The notes beneath the pieces are model-generated. The model had not been told where the DNA came from, ran no database searches, and worked only from the letters and a program-made list of their open reading frames with translations. DNA of 64,000 nucleotides from Chara braunii (lineage: Eukaryota > Plantae > Charophyceae): contig BFEA01000020.1 in assembly GCA_003427395.1 (NCBI GenBank), positions 5,482,410-5,546,409 of the forward strand, written 5' to 3'. Both the position numbers and the translations under genes were made by a program. Below, in pieces: positions 36,700 through 48,241 of this stretch. Numbering within the stretch: position 1 is the first letter of the stretch; the number at the start of each line of letters is the position of its first letter.

Positions 36700-39600
36700 A
36701 CCGGGAGCAATGCGCCATGCAATGCTTAAACGCATCGGTCCAACCCCCTATGCTCGTCCTGGAGCGTCAGTCACCAATTGTAATATGGGAGGTTTCCCAG
36801 GGAGTCTGCTTGGAAAGCAGAGGCAGCAAGCACCACAGACATCAGATTCAGGAAGGAAGGTGGTGAACAATGCATGGGGAGACACCCCGTCTGTGGTCAC
36901 CAGCACATTGCACCACACAGAGGAGAGGGGGGCAACACTTCACACACTCTCAACAACAGACCCCCCGCAGGATCTCATGGAATTCCCCCCCATGCAACCT
37001 GCCACTGCTACAAAACAGGATGACCCGACTGGAGAAATGCAGCAGAAGGGAGAGATCTGATAATGCGATAAGGAAATGAAGAGAGTGAACTTCAAGAGGA
37101 AATTCTGACAGGAGATGAAAGAATGCAGGAAAAATCCCAACCCTCACAATCATCTCATAATAAAATTGGAACTGCAAAAGGTACTTCCCAGACTGCTAAC
37201 CAGGTTACTAATCAGCCGTCATGGGCACAAAAGGTGAGGGAATCCCTGCAAAATAAACACTGAACATACAACGCCCATTGATTGATCCGGTTGGTTCCCC
37301 AGCTGAAGAATTGAAGATTTCTCTTAGGAATCTCTCATCATTCAGGACTTACTTCCTGTCTCTCTTCCTTCTCCCCTCAGAACAACTGGTCATCGTGCAA
37401 GCGGCCTACATATCAGTTAATGACAAAATTAAGTTTATTTGCAAGAGGTTGGAATCCTTGAGGGATGGGTCAGAAGGGGTAACAAAATTCTTCCTAATCC
37501 AACCAATCACTCCTACAGTTTTCACAGTTCTGAGTCTTTTTGACAAAGACAAATTTTGCATGGGTGCTTAGAAGAAAATGCACTGGGACCGGTCAGAAGT
37601 CAGAATTTACCAGTGGTTTCCCAAAAAGGTAGGCCTAGAAGAGAAGAGGGAGCAGATGATGAAGGACTCCTACTGGGTAGAGTTCAGACATATCCCAGTC
37701 GAAGTCCAAACAACTTTCATTCATGGCTTCGGTCAGCTATTCAAAATTGTTGACTTCATCAATCCACTGCCTTCTTACGTCGTCAAGAGGGACGACAACT
37801 TAATGATGGCTCGGGACCTCCCCAAAGAGCAACTCTTCTCACTGGACGATATTATTCCCTTCAAAATGGAAGGCAGGGTGTACCAGATTCACACAACGCT
37901 TAAATTCCGACCTTGGTGCTTCAAATGCATGGCCTATGGTCACCTCCACACCGACTATGCCTGCCAACAACACCCCCAACACGCGATCCCCCCAGACATG
38001 CGACTCAAGAGGGATCCACAAAGACCCAACAGATGGGTCCCAGCAGTCTCCGGATACGAGGGGTGGGTCTATTGTGAAGACTTAAACCAGGTGGGGCAGC
38101 CAGTTGGCTGGACGTGGGAAGGGAGAAGTGACTTCCATAAATCTCCCCGTCCCCTAGCAGACTGACCCCCCCCTCAATCCCCTCCTCCCCTCGCGCAGGG
38201 GCAGTCCTAGCAGTCTCATCCCTCACCTTAAGCCTCTCTCCAGCCCGGGAAACCTGCACACATTGACCCGAATAGACAGGGTCAGACATCATCATCTAAA
38301 CCACAGACAGGCCGCATGAAGAAAGGTGAACTGCAACAACCACAGGGCACTAGTGCTGGTGAGAATGCCGATAAGCTGGTTATTAATGAAGGGGGGTTCA
38401 AGGAAAATCAAAAGCACAAGGGAATGGTTACTCCCCCATCTGGCAGTTGAAAAGATCTCTGGGCCCAAGGGCAATGGACTACCTGCCAAAAAGTGGAACA
38501 GGCCCAGAATGGCGCAAAGTAAAAAGAAAAGGAACAACAAAGCCAAAAGAAAACCAGGTTGACACACCAGGACAAACCATGGGTGTGGCAAAGGGTAAGG
38601 AGAGGGAGGAAGGGCAAGGGCGGGGGGAGGAACACGGTGAACCTGATGCAGCGGTGGAGGTAATTCCCATAGAAGTCAAGCCTTTTAGGGACGCCTTCGG
38701 CCCGGAACCAATGAACGTTGAACTATTCTTGCCCTGTGCTCCCCCCCTCGCTGTGTTTGTCAAACCCTGACATTACTGCAGACGTGGAAACAATCGTTCT
38801 TCAAATAGCTGATTGGTTATTGTGTAATCTAAAAGTTCAGCACCCAAGCCTACCCAATGATTCTTGGCCCCAAATCCTCAAGGAATTGATGTTGTTGTTA
38901 GAGAATAGTAAAAGCCTTGGTACCTTTTTACTACAAGGTTCCCCGCTGGGTGTGACATGGAATGACATCAATGCCAAACTCCTCTCGATCGTTTCCTCTA
39001 GGTTCAACCATTCGACCCAAGGAGAAATCCCCCACTTGCCTAGCCTTTACAATCATTTTCAACCATTGGCCTTGCTAGGAAACGAAGCAGAAATTTCAGA
39101 AACCTCATAACAGTCAGGCAATGGGACCTCCCCCCCTGTGAATATCCCTGAGGAAGGAACTCAACCATGTAGGGGGAAGGTTAGTGGCCCATTGCAGGAA
39201 CCTCCTCAAAATTCACGAAATGCGCAGTCTCATCAGGAGGAGGCCCGGGAAAACGATCAGAAAAATGAGCCCCGGAAATTTTCAACTGCTGATACTAAGT
39301 TTCCTAATTAGGTGTCACCTGCTAATATAGGAATCAATTTATTGGATGTCCAGTCCAACGCCCCAACCAATGCAATGGATCCTCAATTGGCAGAACCAGA
39401 AGCCCAGGGAGAGGAGTTTGACCCTCTCAATCAGGCTTTCAATGAGGTCATTTATGAACTTACTAGGGAAAGGAATTTTTGCAGATTCCCAACAACCTAC
39501 GCCCTGCGGTCGCTAGCAAATATAGTCAGGGCCTGATAGAATGAGACCCTGGTTCATACAACCCGCAAGTACAACAAAGACCACATGGAAACCAGATGGT

Positions 39601-40750
39601 GCATGTCACACAAAACTTACATGGGAGTGACAGACAACTTTCCCTGTCCCCCACTGTGTTCGGCTCTACTATACTTAAAGCTCTGCCATAACACTATGAT
39701 TTGACAGGTTTTTCATTATTTACACAAAAAAGTAACTTTGTCAAAATATGTGAGCAAAATATTGCAGAAGGGGATGAAGATAAAAACAATAGTGGATCAA
39801 TGCACTCGGGAAAATATTTCCTTTCGCATTATGTTGCAGCCAATGCGCACTTGCCCTCATACCAGCATAACAGTGACTGTGCCAAAAACAGTATCAGTGA
39901 CAGGGTGTTGGAGAAGACAATAGACCCCACATACTCCCTGCCCGGGCCAAGTCACATAGCAGAGAAAGTGGGTGATGAAGTTGACTTACATCACTTGAAT
40001 CAAGTGCTGGTTGTCTTAGGCCCTGCATCCAAGGAGAAAGAGTTAATACAATAGATGGTGCAGGTAGTGGATCTCAATTAGGACCTACCAAATCGCGGCC
40101 CGGGTGGAAAGGAAAAATAACCTGCAGAATCTGCAGAAACTATAGAAACAGAAAATTTCCAAATTCCTCAAAACCCGCTTTCCTCATTCACTGTCACTAC
40201 AGACCCTGAGCTTACAACAAAGCGTCAGCGGTTGAAACACCGACTAGCAAAAGGTCAGAGAATACTTTCTTCAATTAAGACAAATATTGTTCTCTTACCG
40301 GTCAGACTCAAGGATAGTACGTGGGAAGTAGGATTGTTCATTCCCCAGGGAGAGGTGTATGGGGAAGTGAAAGTGTTCAGTACTACCTCACCTTTCCTCT
40401 CTCTCTCTCCACGAAGACTGACAAGCAAGGAGGAGAGTCACTCATTAAATATGAGGTAGGAAGATTTATCAAGGATAAACTTCCGTCTGGCTATACTATC
40501 ACTTTGACACTCTCCGAAGGAGTTCAGCGGTTGGCTGAGTGGGATGTCTTCTTAAAATATGAAGTTTACAAACATCTTGACCTCAAGTGGTTCAACCAAG
40601 ACCTCCTGACGGAATTGCAACTAATGAAAGTTAAGGCAAACAACTTTTGGTCAGAAGTTGATGTAGGAACACTGCTTGTTCGACTTTTGGGACAACGCAT
40701 TCTAGTGTTAGGAGGCCTGTTAGACTTAGGTCCGTGGCAGACCCTCTAAA
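36700..40750 (+). pseudogene. LINE ORF1 remnants (CCHC knuckle)
   Basis: YWVEF..P..Q...FINPLP...KRDD.L and PWCFKCMAYGHLHTDYAC (37578-38165), homologous to the 49352 ORF. Confidence 0.75.
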
Positions 40751-40882
40751 CTGGCCTGTTCAACCTCTAATTCACTCCCCCAATAGTAGTCAGTGGTGTC
40801 TGCCCTGCTTGTAATGGAGAATTTTCAGAAAATTGACACACTATACAACAAGGACAAAACATGGATATCCCTCAAGAGGCAA

Positions 40883-43800
40883 GCTGATTTAGACTTTAGA
40901 TCCCTGAACGTTAATGCCTTGCCTCCGCCAAGTTTCAAAAGAAGCAAGTCATCTACAACTTAGGGGAATAAGGGGAAAATAATGGTCTGACGTCATTTGT
41001 ATCCAAGAAACGCACCTCATGGATACTGCCATCCACAATCATTACCATAAACAGATATGGCTCTATACAACATTCAAAGCACATGCACCTTGTCCTGAGA
41101 GTGCCGGTGTTGCAATTTGGATTCCTACAGATTCCAATGTAAAACCAGTTTACTGGGAGGTTGACAAAGAAGAAGGAAGGTGAGCATACATACTGGTAAT
41201 GTTGGAGCTAGAAATTGTCATTATCTTATGTGTCTATGGGTCAAAAGACGTAGGTAATCTTCAACCGTTCTTTGAATCTCTGATCCCCAAACTTCCAATT
41301 GGCATCCCAGTGATCATAGCAGGAAATTTTAACACTGCTCCAGATCGATCTTGGATCGCTAGCGTATTCCTACCATCTGCCCGACCTATGTGGAGACTGA
41401 TGAAGTAATGATTGTCAATCTAACTCAATCATTTCACCTGTTTGACTCATTCAGAAGATTGAACCCTACCCACCGTACCTTCTCGTGCTTTAGAAAGCAT
41501 CGGGATAGGATGGTCACTAAGTCGCGTATTGACCTAATTCTCCTCTCTGACAAATTGGAAGGTTCTCTTCAAGTTGCTGAAGTATTCCTAGAAGCTCCCT
41601 GTTAGGACTTGGTCACGCTATGTGTGTGGTTATTCTCTCCTTCAGGAAAAAAAACAGACCAAGGTAAGGGTTACTACAAATTAAACACATCTCACCTTTA
41701 AATTGAAAGATTTAGAGCCCACCTAAAGGATGTCTGATATTTTTGAAGACAGAAAAAAATCATTATCCAGGATGATATTATGTGGTTCAACAATGGTCTA
41801 GCTTCCCGAGGCTGTAAATGCAATGAATATTCAAAACTATTGGCAACCGAACGTCGTTCCAATGAAGCAAGGATTTATCAGCGCTTCCAACAGTTACAAT
41901 CCCAAGAAAGTGAAAATGAGAACGAGGAAAACAATCAACTGGTAGCTCAAGAAATTCAAGAACTAGAAAACCAATTTCTCTCACAAATGAAATATCGTTG
42001 GAATGACCTTCGAATTAGAGGTAAACTTTGAAAGTTTGTCACCGAGGGGGGAATGAATGCATGATTATTTACCATGGTCAGAGCCCGAGTGAGGAGGACA
42101 GTCGTTGAGACTCTGGCTTATCCCCAACATCAAATTGATGAGTCGGCCACCTCTACGGATGAATGTACTAGGATTATGAAAAAAAATTTCAAGAACCTCT
42201 TCTTATCAGAAACTGGTATCATCCCCCTTAACCAGTGTAATATGAAGATAGATGAATTTCTGAAACCTATGTCAAAGTCCCTCTCTGCATCCCAAAGAGA
42301 TCAATTGGATTTGCCCCTAACAAAAGAATAAGTATAGACTGCCCTAATGCTCATGGAGGAGGAAAAAAAAACAGGCATTGCTGGACTACCTAAGGAATTT
42401 TTAGAATATATTTGGGACTTCATCTCTCAGGACTTAATGGACTTTTGTCAGACTGTTTGGGTGACTGGACAGATGAGAGAGTTTGTGGGGCAAGGTATAC
42501 TGACACTGCTCTATAAAAACGACGATAAATGCAATATTTGTAATTATCGGCCCATCATACTCCTCACTATCGTTTATAAACTCATCTCAAAAGTCCTAAC
42601 GAATCGCTTAAATAAATGCATAGCCGACATAATCCACCCCTCCCAAACAAGTTTTATCCAAGGAAGGAATATCCAAGACAATACTCTTCTGATAAATGAG
42701 TTCGTCAAACTCTCTCGTCAACCTAAGCACAACGAGACCATTATATTAATAGATTTCGAAAAAACATATGATCACGTCGACTGTTTTTTTCTGGATAAAT
42801 GCCTAGAGAAACTTAATTTGGATCCAAACTTTAAACGATGGATTAAAATATTGCATAATAACGCAACAACAAGAAAAATGGTTAATGAGAATATGACTCC
42901 CCCTACAGCTCTACACAGATATGTGAGGCAATATGACCCAATTGCGTCACTCCTTTTCGTAATAATAATGGAAGCCCTGAATGATAACCTCCGACAACAG
43001 AAAGATATTAAGCGCATCAAAGTGTCATCCATCCTAGAGGAAACAATCCCTGTTTGCTCCCTGTTTGCTGATGACCTCTCTCTGATGGTTGATGCGTCTT
43101 AAGAGAAACTAGAAGCAATCAAAAGAATCATGGATGAATTTTGCAAACTCTCAGATATGAAGGTAAATTGGGGGAATAAAATGCTGGGATGGTGGATTCA
43201 TTACCAAGGAGTAGGGATTTCAAAACGACCACTGATCAAATGGCTTCTTCCTAAAACACCTATCAGAGTCATAGGGATCTCTCTCTCAACACTTGACCCT
43301 TATCTAACAATGTTGGGATTTTACAACAAGCACATTCAAAATTGGAGCTATAGAGGGACAAACATACCTTGTTACTGGGCAGGACGTTAGTCATTAACAA
43401 TGTGGTATTGGCCTCAATCTGGTATAAATCACTGATCTGACCCTTGAACAAAACAACCATTAAGGTTTTTCAACGACAATTTATTGTCTTCCTCTGGCGA
43501 GAAAATCACGAATGTGAAAATGCCATTAGTAGGGTGACATGACTTTCTATAATCCAGCCCAAAGCCAAAGGTGGCCTAGGCATCATAGACCTCGCTACCC
43601 ATATTATGACCCTGTCCATTCAACGGTTAAAACGCCTCTTATTCAATCCCAGACCTCTTGGAGTAAACTGACAGGTGAGCAAATCAGAAGACTAGCTCCA
43701 CCCATTTCAGAGGACGTGGATCCACTCATGTGGTTGGAAAAATGCTCTTGGTTGCTTCCGAGGAGCACCACATTAGAACCCCATCACCTGGAACTACTCG

Positions 43801-45261
43801 ACCGACAAGCAGCTAGAAGAGATATTGTCAGGGACCCATTTTGGATCAACTTGATTAAAAATTGGAGGAAATTGCCTCTCCCAGACAAGATAGCTCCTGA
43901 GAGATGGGAAGAGGTCTGCCAACAACCATTGTTTAACAATACATTTCTTAGAGATTCTCAAGGGTGCACCCTCAACTGTTCGGACTCACCATGGAAAGGA
44001 TGGATTAAGAAAGGAGTCACACGCATTAGAGACGTCTGAAACATTGAGAACAGGGACTGGATTGATCTATTGACCCTCCAGGAGAGATTAAGATATTGCC
44101 ATCATCAAAAGGAAACTCTAGAACAACTAATTGATATAATTCCCCTAGACTGGGTCAGATTCCTGATAAATGGACCGAAGCTTATCCCAAATGACTGGGT
44201 ATCCATCATCGATCAACAAGGGATAGTGGAAAATGTAACTGAAGTCCGCAACACAAGGGATATTCTTATATCTATCTTTGATCTAGGGGAGGATGGTTTC
44301 ATCAAGGCAAGATCACAAGAGCACACGGGGTGGGTCAAAGCAAATAGAGTTTTTAGGATCAGGGTCCTTATGATTAAGGAAAGTTGGTTTGCTTTTAAAC
44401 GAGACACACCCATCTCTCATTTCCTTTTATATCCGGTCTGTTGGATCTGGTCCTCCTCAAATGGTACAGGGCGCTCTTACGTAAGGACACTTCACACCCT
44501 GTCAGTGAAGTCTACCTATAGGATGCTTCGTCCTAAGATAAACCTCTATTAAGTGATTCCACTCTATTAAATTCAGGCCAGCTAAAGTGGCGTCGTTGCA
44601 ATGACAAATTGCCAATTGCTGTCTCCCTACAAACGACTGGATCATCGATAGAACATCGTTGGAACGAAAAGGAATAGCCCTTCCGTGGTGTAAGTTCTGC
44701 AAATCAACCTTCCCATCTAAACTCATACAGGAAACTTTAGAACACATTTTCTTGCAATGCCCAGGCTCAATTTGGCTATGGCGGTTGTGGGATAGGATTT
44801 GGAGCAAGTTAGGAACATCCCTCCCTTGGCCCTGGAATCGGAAGACCCTCCTCATGGAATCCTGGAATCCGAACCAGGAAGATGCTTTCACTCTGAACCT
44901 ATTCACAATCGGAAGGCGAGCGGTCATGTGGGCAATCTGGTTACGAAGGTGTACTCATGAAATGGAAGGTGCTCGCCTAGATGGCCCTAAATTCACTGAT
45001 ACTATCAGACAACAGATTCAAACAGAGATCACTATCAAATGGGGGTCCCTTAAGGAAAAATTACAATTTTTATCATTAGATAAAGAAATATTGCATCATA
45101 TAAAAACATTCAATCGGAACTGGCTTGGAGGGGACCAGGGAGGGAGATTGGGACGGGTGAAGTGGGAAGGAACAAAAGAGAACGGCCAAGAGGAGATCCC
45201 AAGGAACTACAGTCTGACCTTCAATGACTGGAGCAACGTTGATCCTACTGCACCTTTATGA
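40883..45261 (+). pseudogene. LINE ORF2 (APE endonuclease, RT, zf-RVT) with many stops and frameshifts
   Basis: ADLDFRSLNVN, CIQETHL, AGNFN, SRIDLIL, NYRPIILL, IDFEKTYD, RQYDP, FADD, CKFC..ETLEHIFLQCP. Confidence 0.93.
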
Positions 45262-45901
45262 CCTCTGTCGGATTTCCCTGATCCCTTCCCTCTCTCGAAC
45301 CTTTGCTTAGTTCCCAGGTCGTGGTATGCGTAGGAATGATCTGGAAAATCCCTTGCATTGTCTGTGAATGTTGGGGTCAGCCTTTCTCAAGAACAAGTGT
45401 GATTAAGTGCTAGGAAGATACGTATATCTGACGCCCTCTCAGGGTGAAGAGGCACAAGAGTCAACACTCAGTTGCAGATTTCCCACTGACACTGATCAGT
45501 GTCGAAGTGTATGTTCTTTTGGGGGATGGGCAGGGAGACGGAAGGAGTACCCACTGGTGCCCCCCAGTGGCTCCTCCTTGAACCCTGACCGGGCACAGGG
45601 TCGGAGAGGGAGATGGGGACCACCAGCTTTCAGTTCCACGGTTCGGGTCATGTTCACACCTGCTCTGTTAATCCTCTGGATTCCAGAGCAATCAATGCTG
45701 GCAGGCACCCTCAAGACACCATCCAATTTTCCGTCAATGTCTCATACTGTATCAAACTGTGTAAGGGACTCTGGACCCGTTTTCCAGCAGGTGATGCTCC
45801 CCACCAATAGATGGAGCCTCTCCCCAGGTGCTAGCGATGTCTGCTCTAAACAGCATCGCTAGCACTGGAGGGACTGTTAAAAAAAAAAAAAAAAAAAAAA
45901 A

Positions 45902-47184
45902 GGGACGCTGGGCCCGGTTCCCAGTTTGTGTTGTACCTCGGTCCTTCATTGTTTCTCATGGGACGCTGGACCCGGTTTCGAGAAGGTGCAGCTCCCCACC
46001 AATAGAATGGAGCCCCGATAAGTCTGGTAGGAGTGCATGCTCGTATCATCACTCCTACCTGACGCCACAGGATTTGTTAAAAAAAAAAAAAAAAAAAAGA
46101 GTGCGATGGAAAAAAGTTGAGGAAAAGATGGCACATCTGACACAGAAAACAGATATCACTAAAGAAATCAGTACCTTCTGCGCAGATTGGCTAGGGGGGG
46201 AAAGGGGAGGCAGGATGACACATATAGATTGGCCCCGGGAAAGAGGGAACGAAGGGAGAGGCAATGCACTCGACAACGACTACAAACTCAAGTTTCACGA
46301 ATGGCTTCAGGTCAATCCCGATATTCCAATGAAGAGTCCAGGGGAGTTTCCAGACATTCCCCCACGACAGCCACAACGATCGTAGAAATGCAATGGTTCG
46401 GGCGAGAGTCAGGAAAGAGCAAAGGCAATGTAGAAACCCCCCCACCTGCTCAACTAACAACGAAAATGCTTGTCAGCCACGTATAGTAAATGTTCTGCTT
46501 AAAGGGCACTAGAGTAGCATGCCTGATCATGTGCCCTTCAGTTTGTTGAAGAGGTACCCTCTAAGCAGCAGTCATCACAGTATTTCAGGCTCATCAATAA
46601 ACAAGCTCAAACAAGCTCAATGTAATGGGACGCTGGACCCGTTTTCCAGCAGGTGAAGCTCCCCACCAATAGATGGAGCCTCCCTGGGAATGCTAGAGGG
46701 GTCTGCTCTTATAAGCTCCCCTAGCATCAACCTGGGAAACATACATCATGGGTTTTGGGAGGGAGGGGACAGGGGATGGCGGAAGCCACCCCACATCAAC
46801 TCCATACATACACAATACACCTCACACTGTCATAGCACTGCACAATACATCATGGGTTTTGGGAGGGAGGGGACAGGGGGTGGTGGAAGCCACCCCACAT
46901 CAGTTCCACACTTACACAATACACCTCAAACTCTCACAGCACTGCACAAGGCAGCACCCCGGGCAATATGAAGTTGGACAGCAACTAGGGTCTAAGGGTT
47001 TATCTTATCAGATACGGCTATAATAATATGTCCATCCATACAAACAACCACAATGTTCAGGAACCCTGGACCCGGTTTCCAGCAGGTGCTGCTCCCCACC
47101 AATAGATGGCGCCTCCCCGATAGTGCTAGTGGTGGCTGCTCTTACCAGCATCCCTAACATCTGTTCAGGTTGTTCCCCCCCCCC
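45902..47184 (+). mobile_element. Head-to-tail stack of short LINE 3'-end units
   Basis: Motif starts at 45902, 45960, 46627 and 47060. Poly-A at 46079-46098. ORF2 C-terminal remnant (VRWKKV..WLGGERGGR) at 46099-46385. Confidence 0.75.
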
Positions 47185-47727
47185 NNNNNNNNNNNNNNNN
47201 NNNNNNNNNNNNNNNNNNNNNNNNNNNNNNNNNNNNNNNNNNNNNNNNNNNNNNNNNNNNNNNNNNNNNNNNNNNNNNNNNNNNNNNNNNNNNNNNNNNN
47301 NNNNNNNNNNNNNNNNNNNNNNNNNNNNNNNNNNNNNNNNNNNNNNNNNNNNNNNNNNNNNNNNNNNNNNNNNNNNNNNNNNNNNNNNNNNNNNNNNNNN
47401 NNNNNNNNNGTTCTAGTGGAATATTCATTCTCATTTTGTACATTTGGTGAGTGGTGTGGCGAGGCTCGATCCATGCTAGGGGGACCTTTTTTTTCAGGTA
47501 AACATGGGGGTTACTGCTGATGGGGTTGGTACCTTGCCCCTGTTCAAGGGTGAGACACGTAAATGGGAACATCATCCGAAAAAAAAATTATTAAAGAAAA
47601 AAAACTCAGGGTTTACTCACACTAGGGCTATGTTAAATGCATCTGACCACATTTAAGACCCAACCTGGATGTATCCAACCACAATTAGGTCCAGGAATAA
47701 GTGAAAAGGTGTTAGTGCGAGTATGCC

Positions 47728-47900
47728 CTTTTTTTTTTTTTTTGAAAAAAACTCTGCAGGTAATACTAGTTGAGGTGATACGAGCATCCTCAACTAGCAT
47801 ACCTTGTGCATGTCACTCCATCTATTGGTGGGGAGCTACACCTGCTGGAAACCAGGTCCAGCGTCCCATTAGATACAATTTCACAAATTGGTAACTGAGC
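47728..47900 (-). mobile_element. LINE 3'-end unit, minus strand
   Basis: Motif at 47815-47867, hairpin with CTCGTAT loop (47778-47784), poly-T at 47728-47743. Confidence 0.75.
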
Positions 47901-48096
47901 ACTGAGCCTCTTCTCCCAAACATAGGAGCGAGATGATCTTAAAACCATCATCCAGGTCAAGATTGACAACAAGGAGGCGACAGGGGGTAATCGCCTCGCC
48001 TGTCCCTACCCTCAGAATTGCACACTCTCTAAATTTCTCCTCCCTCACCTCTCTCCTCCCTCGCCTCTCTCCTCCCTCCCTCTTCCCCCCCTCCTC

Positions 48097-48137
<41 letters not shown>

Positions 48138-48241
48138 TATTGCCCTACTGATCCCCTCCTTACACACTTAAATCTTTACTTCAATAACATCGGCTGCCTA
48201 GATCTACCATCGATTCTGTCGGTGAAATCGCCAAACTGGCC

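Larger units (their letters stand above)
36100..45901 (+). mobile_element. Near full-length, heavily degenerate L1/Tx1-like LINE (5' boundary approximate)
   Basis: ORF1 remnants, ORF2 EN-RT-zf remnants, structured 3' UTR and A23 tail at 45879-45901. Confidence 0.88.

Noticed and set aside
45765-47184. Constant repeat + variable segment arrangement resembling a CRISPR array
   Set aside because: Eukaryotic context, no cas genes, irregular spacing. The units carry poly-A tails and LINE ORF2 remnants, so they are LINE 3' ends.
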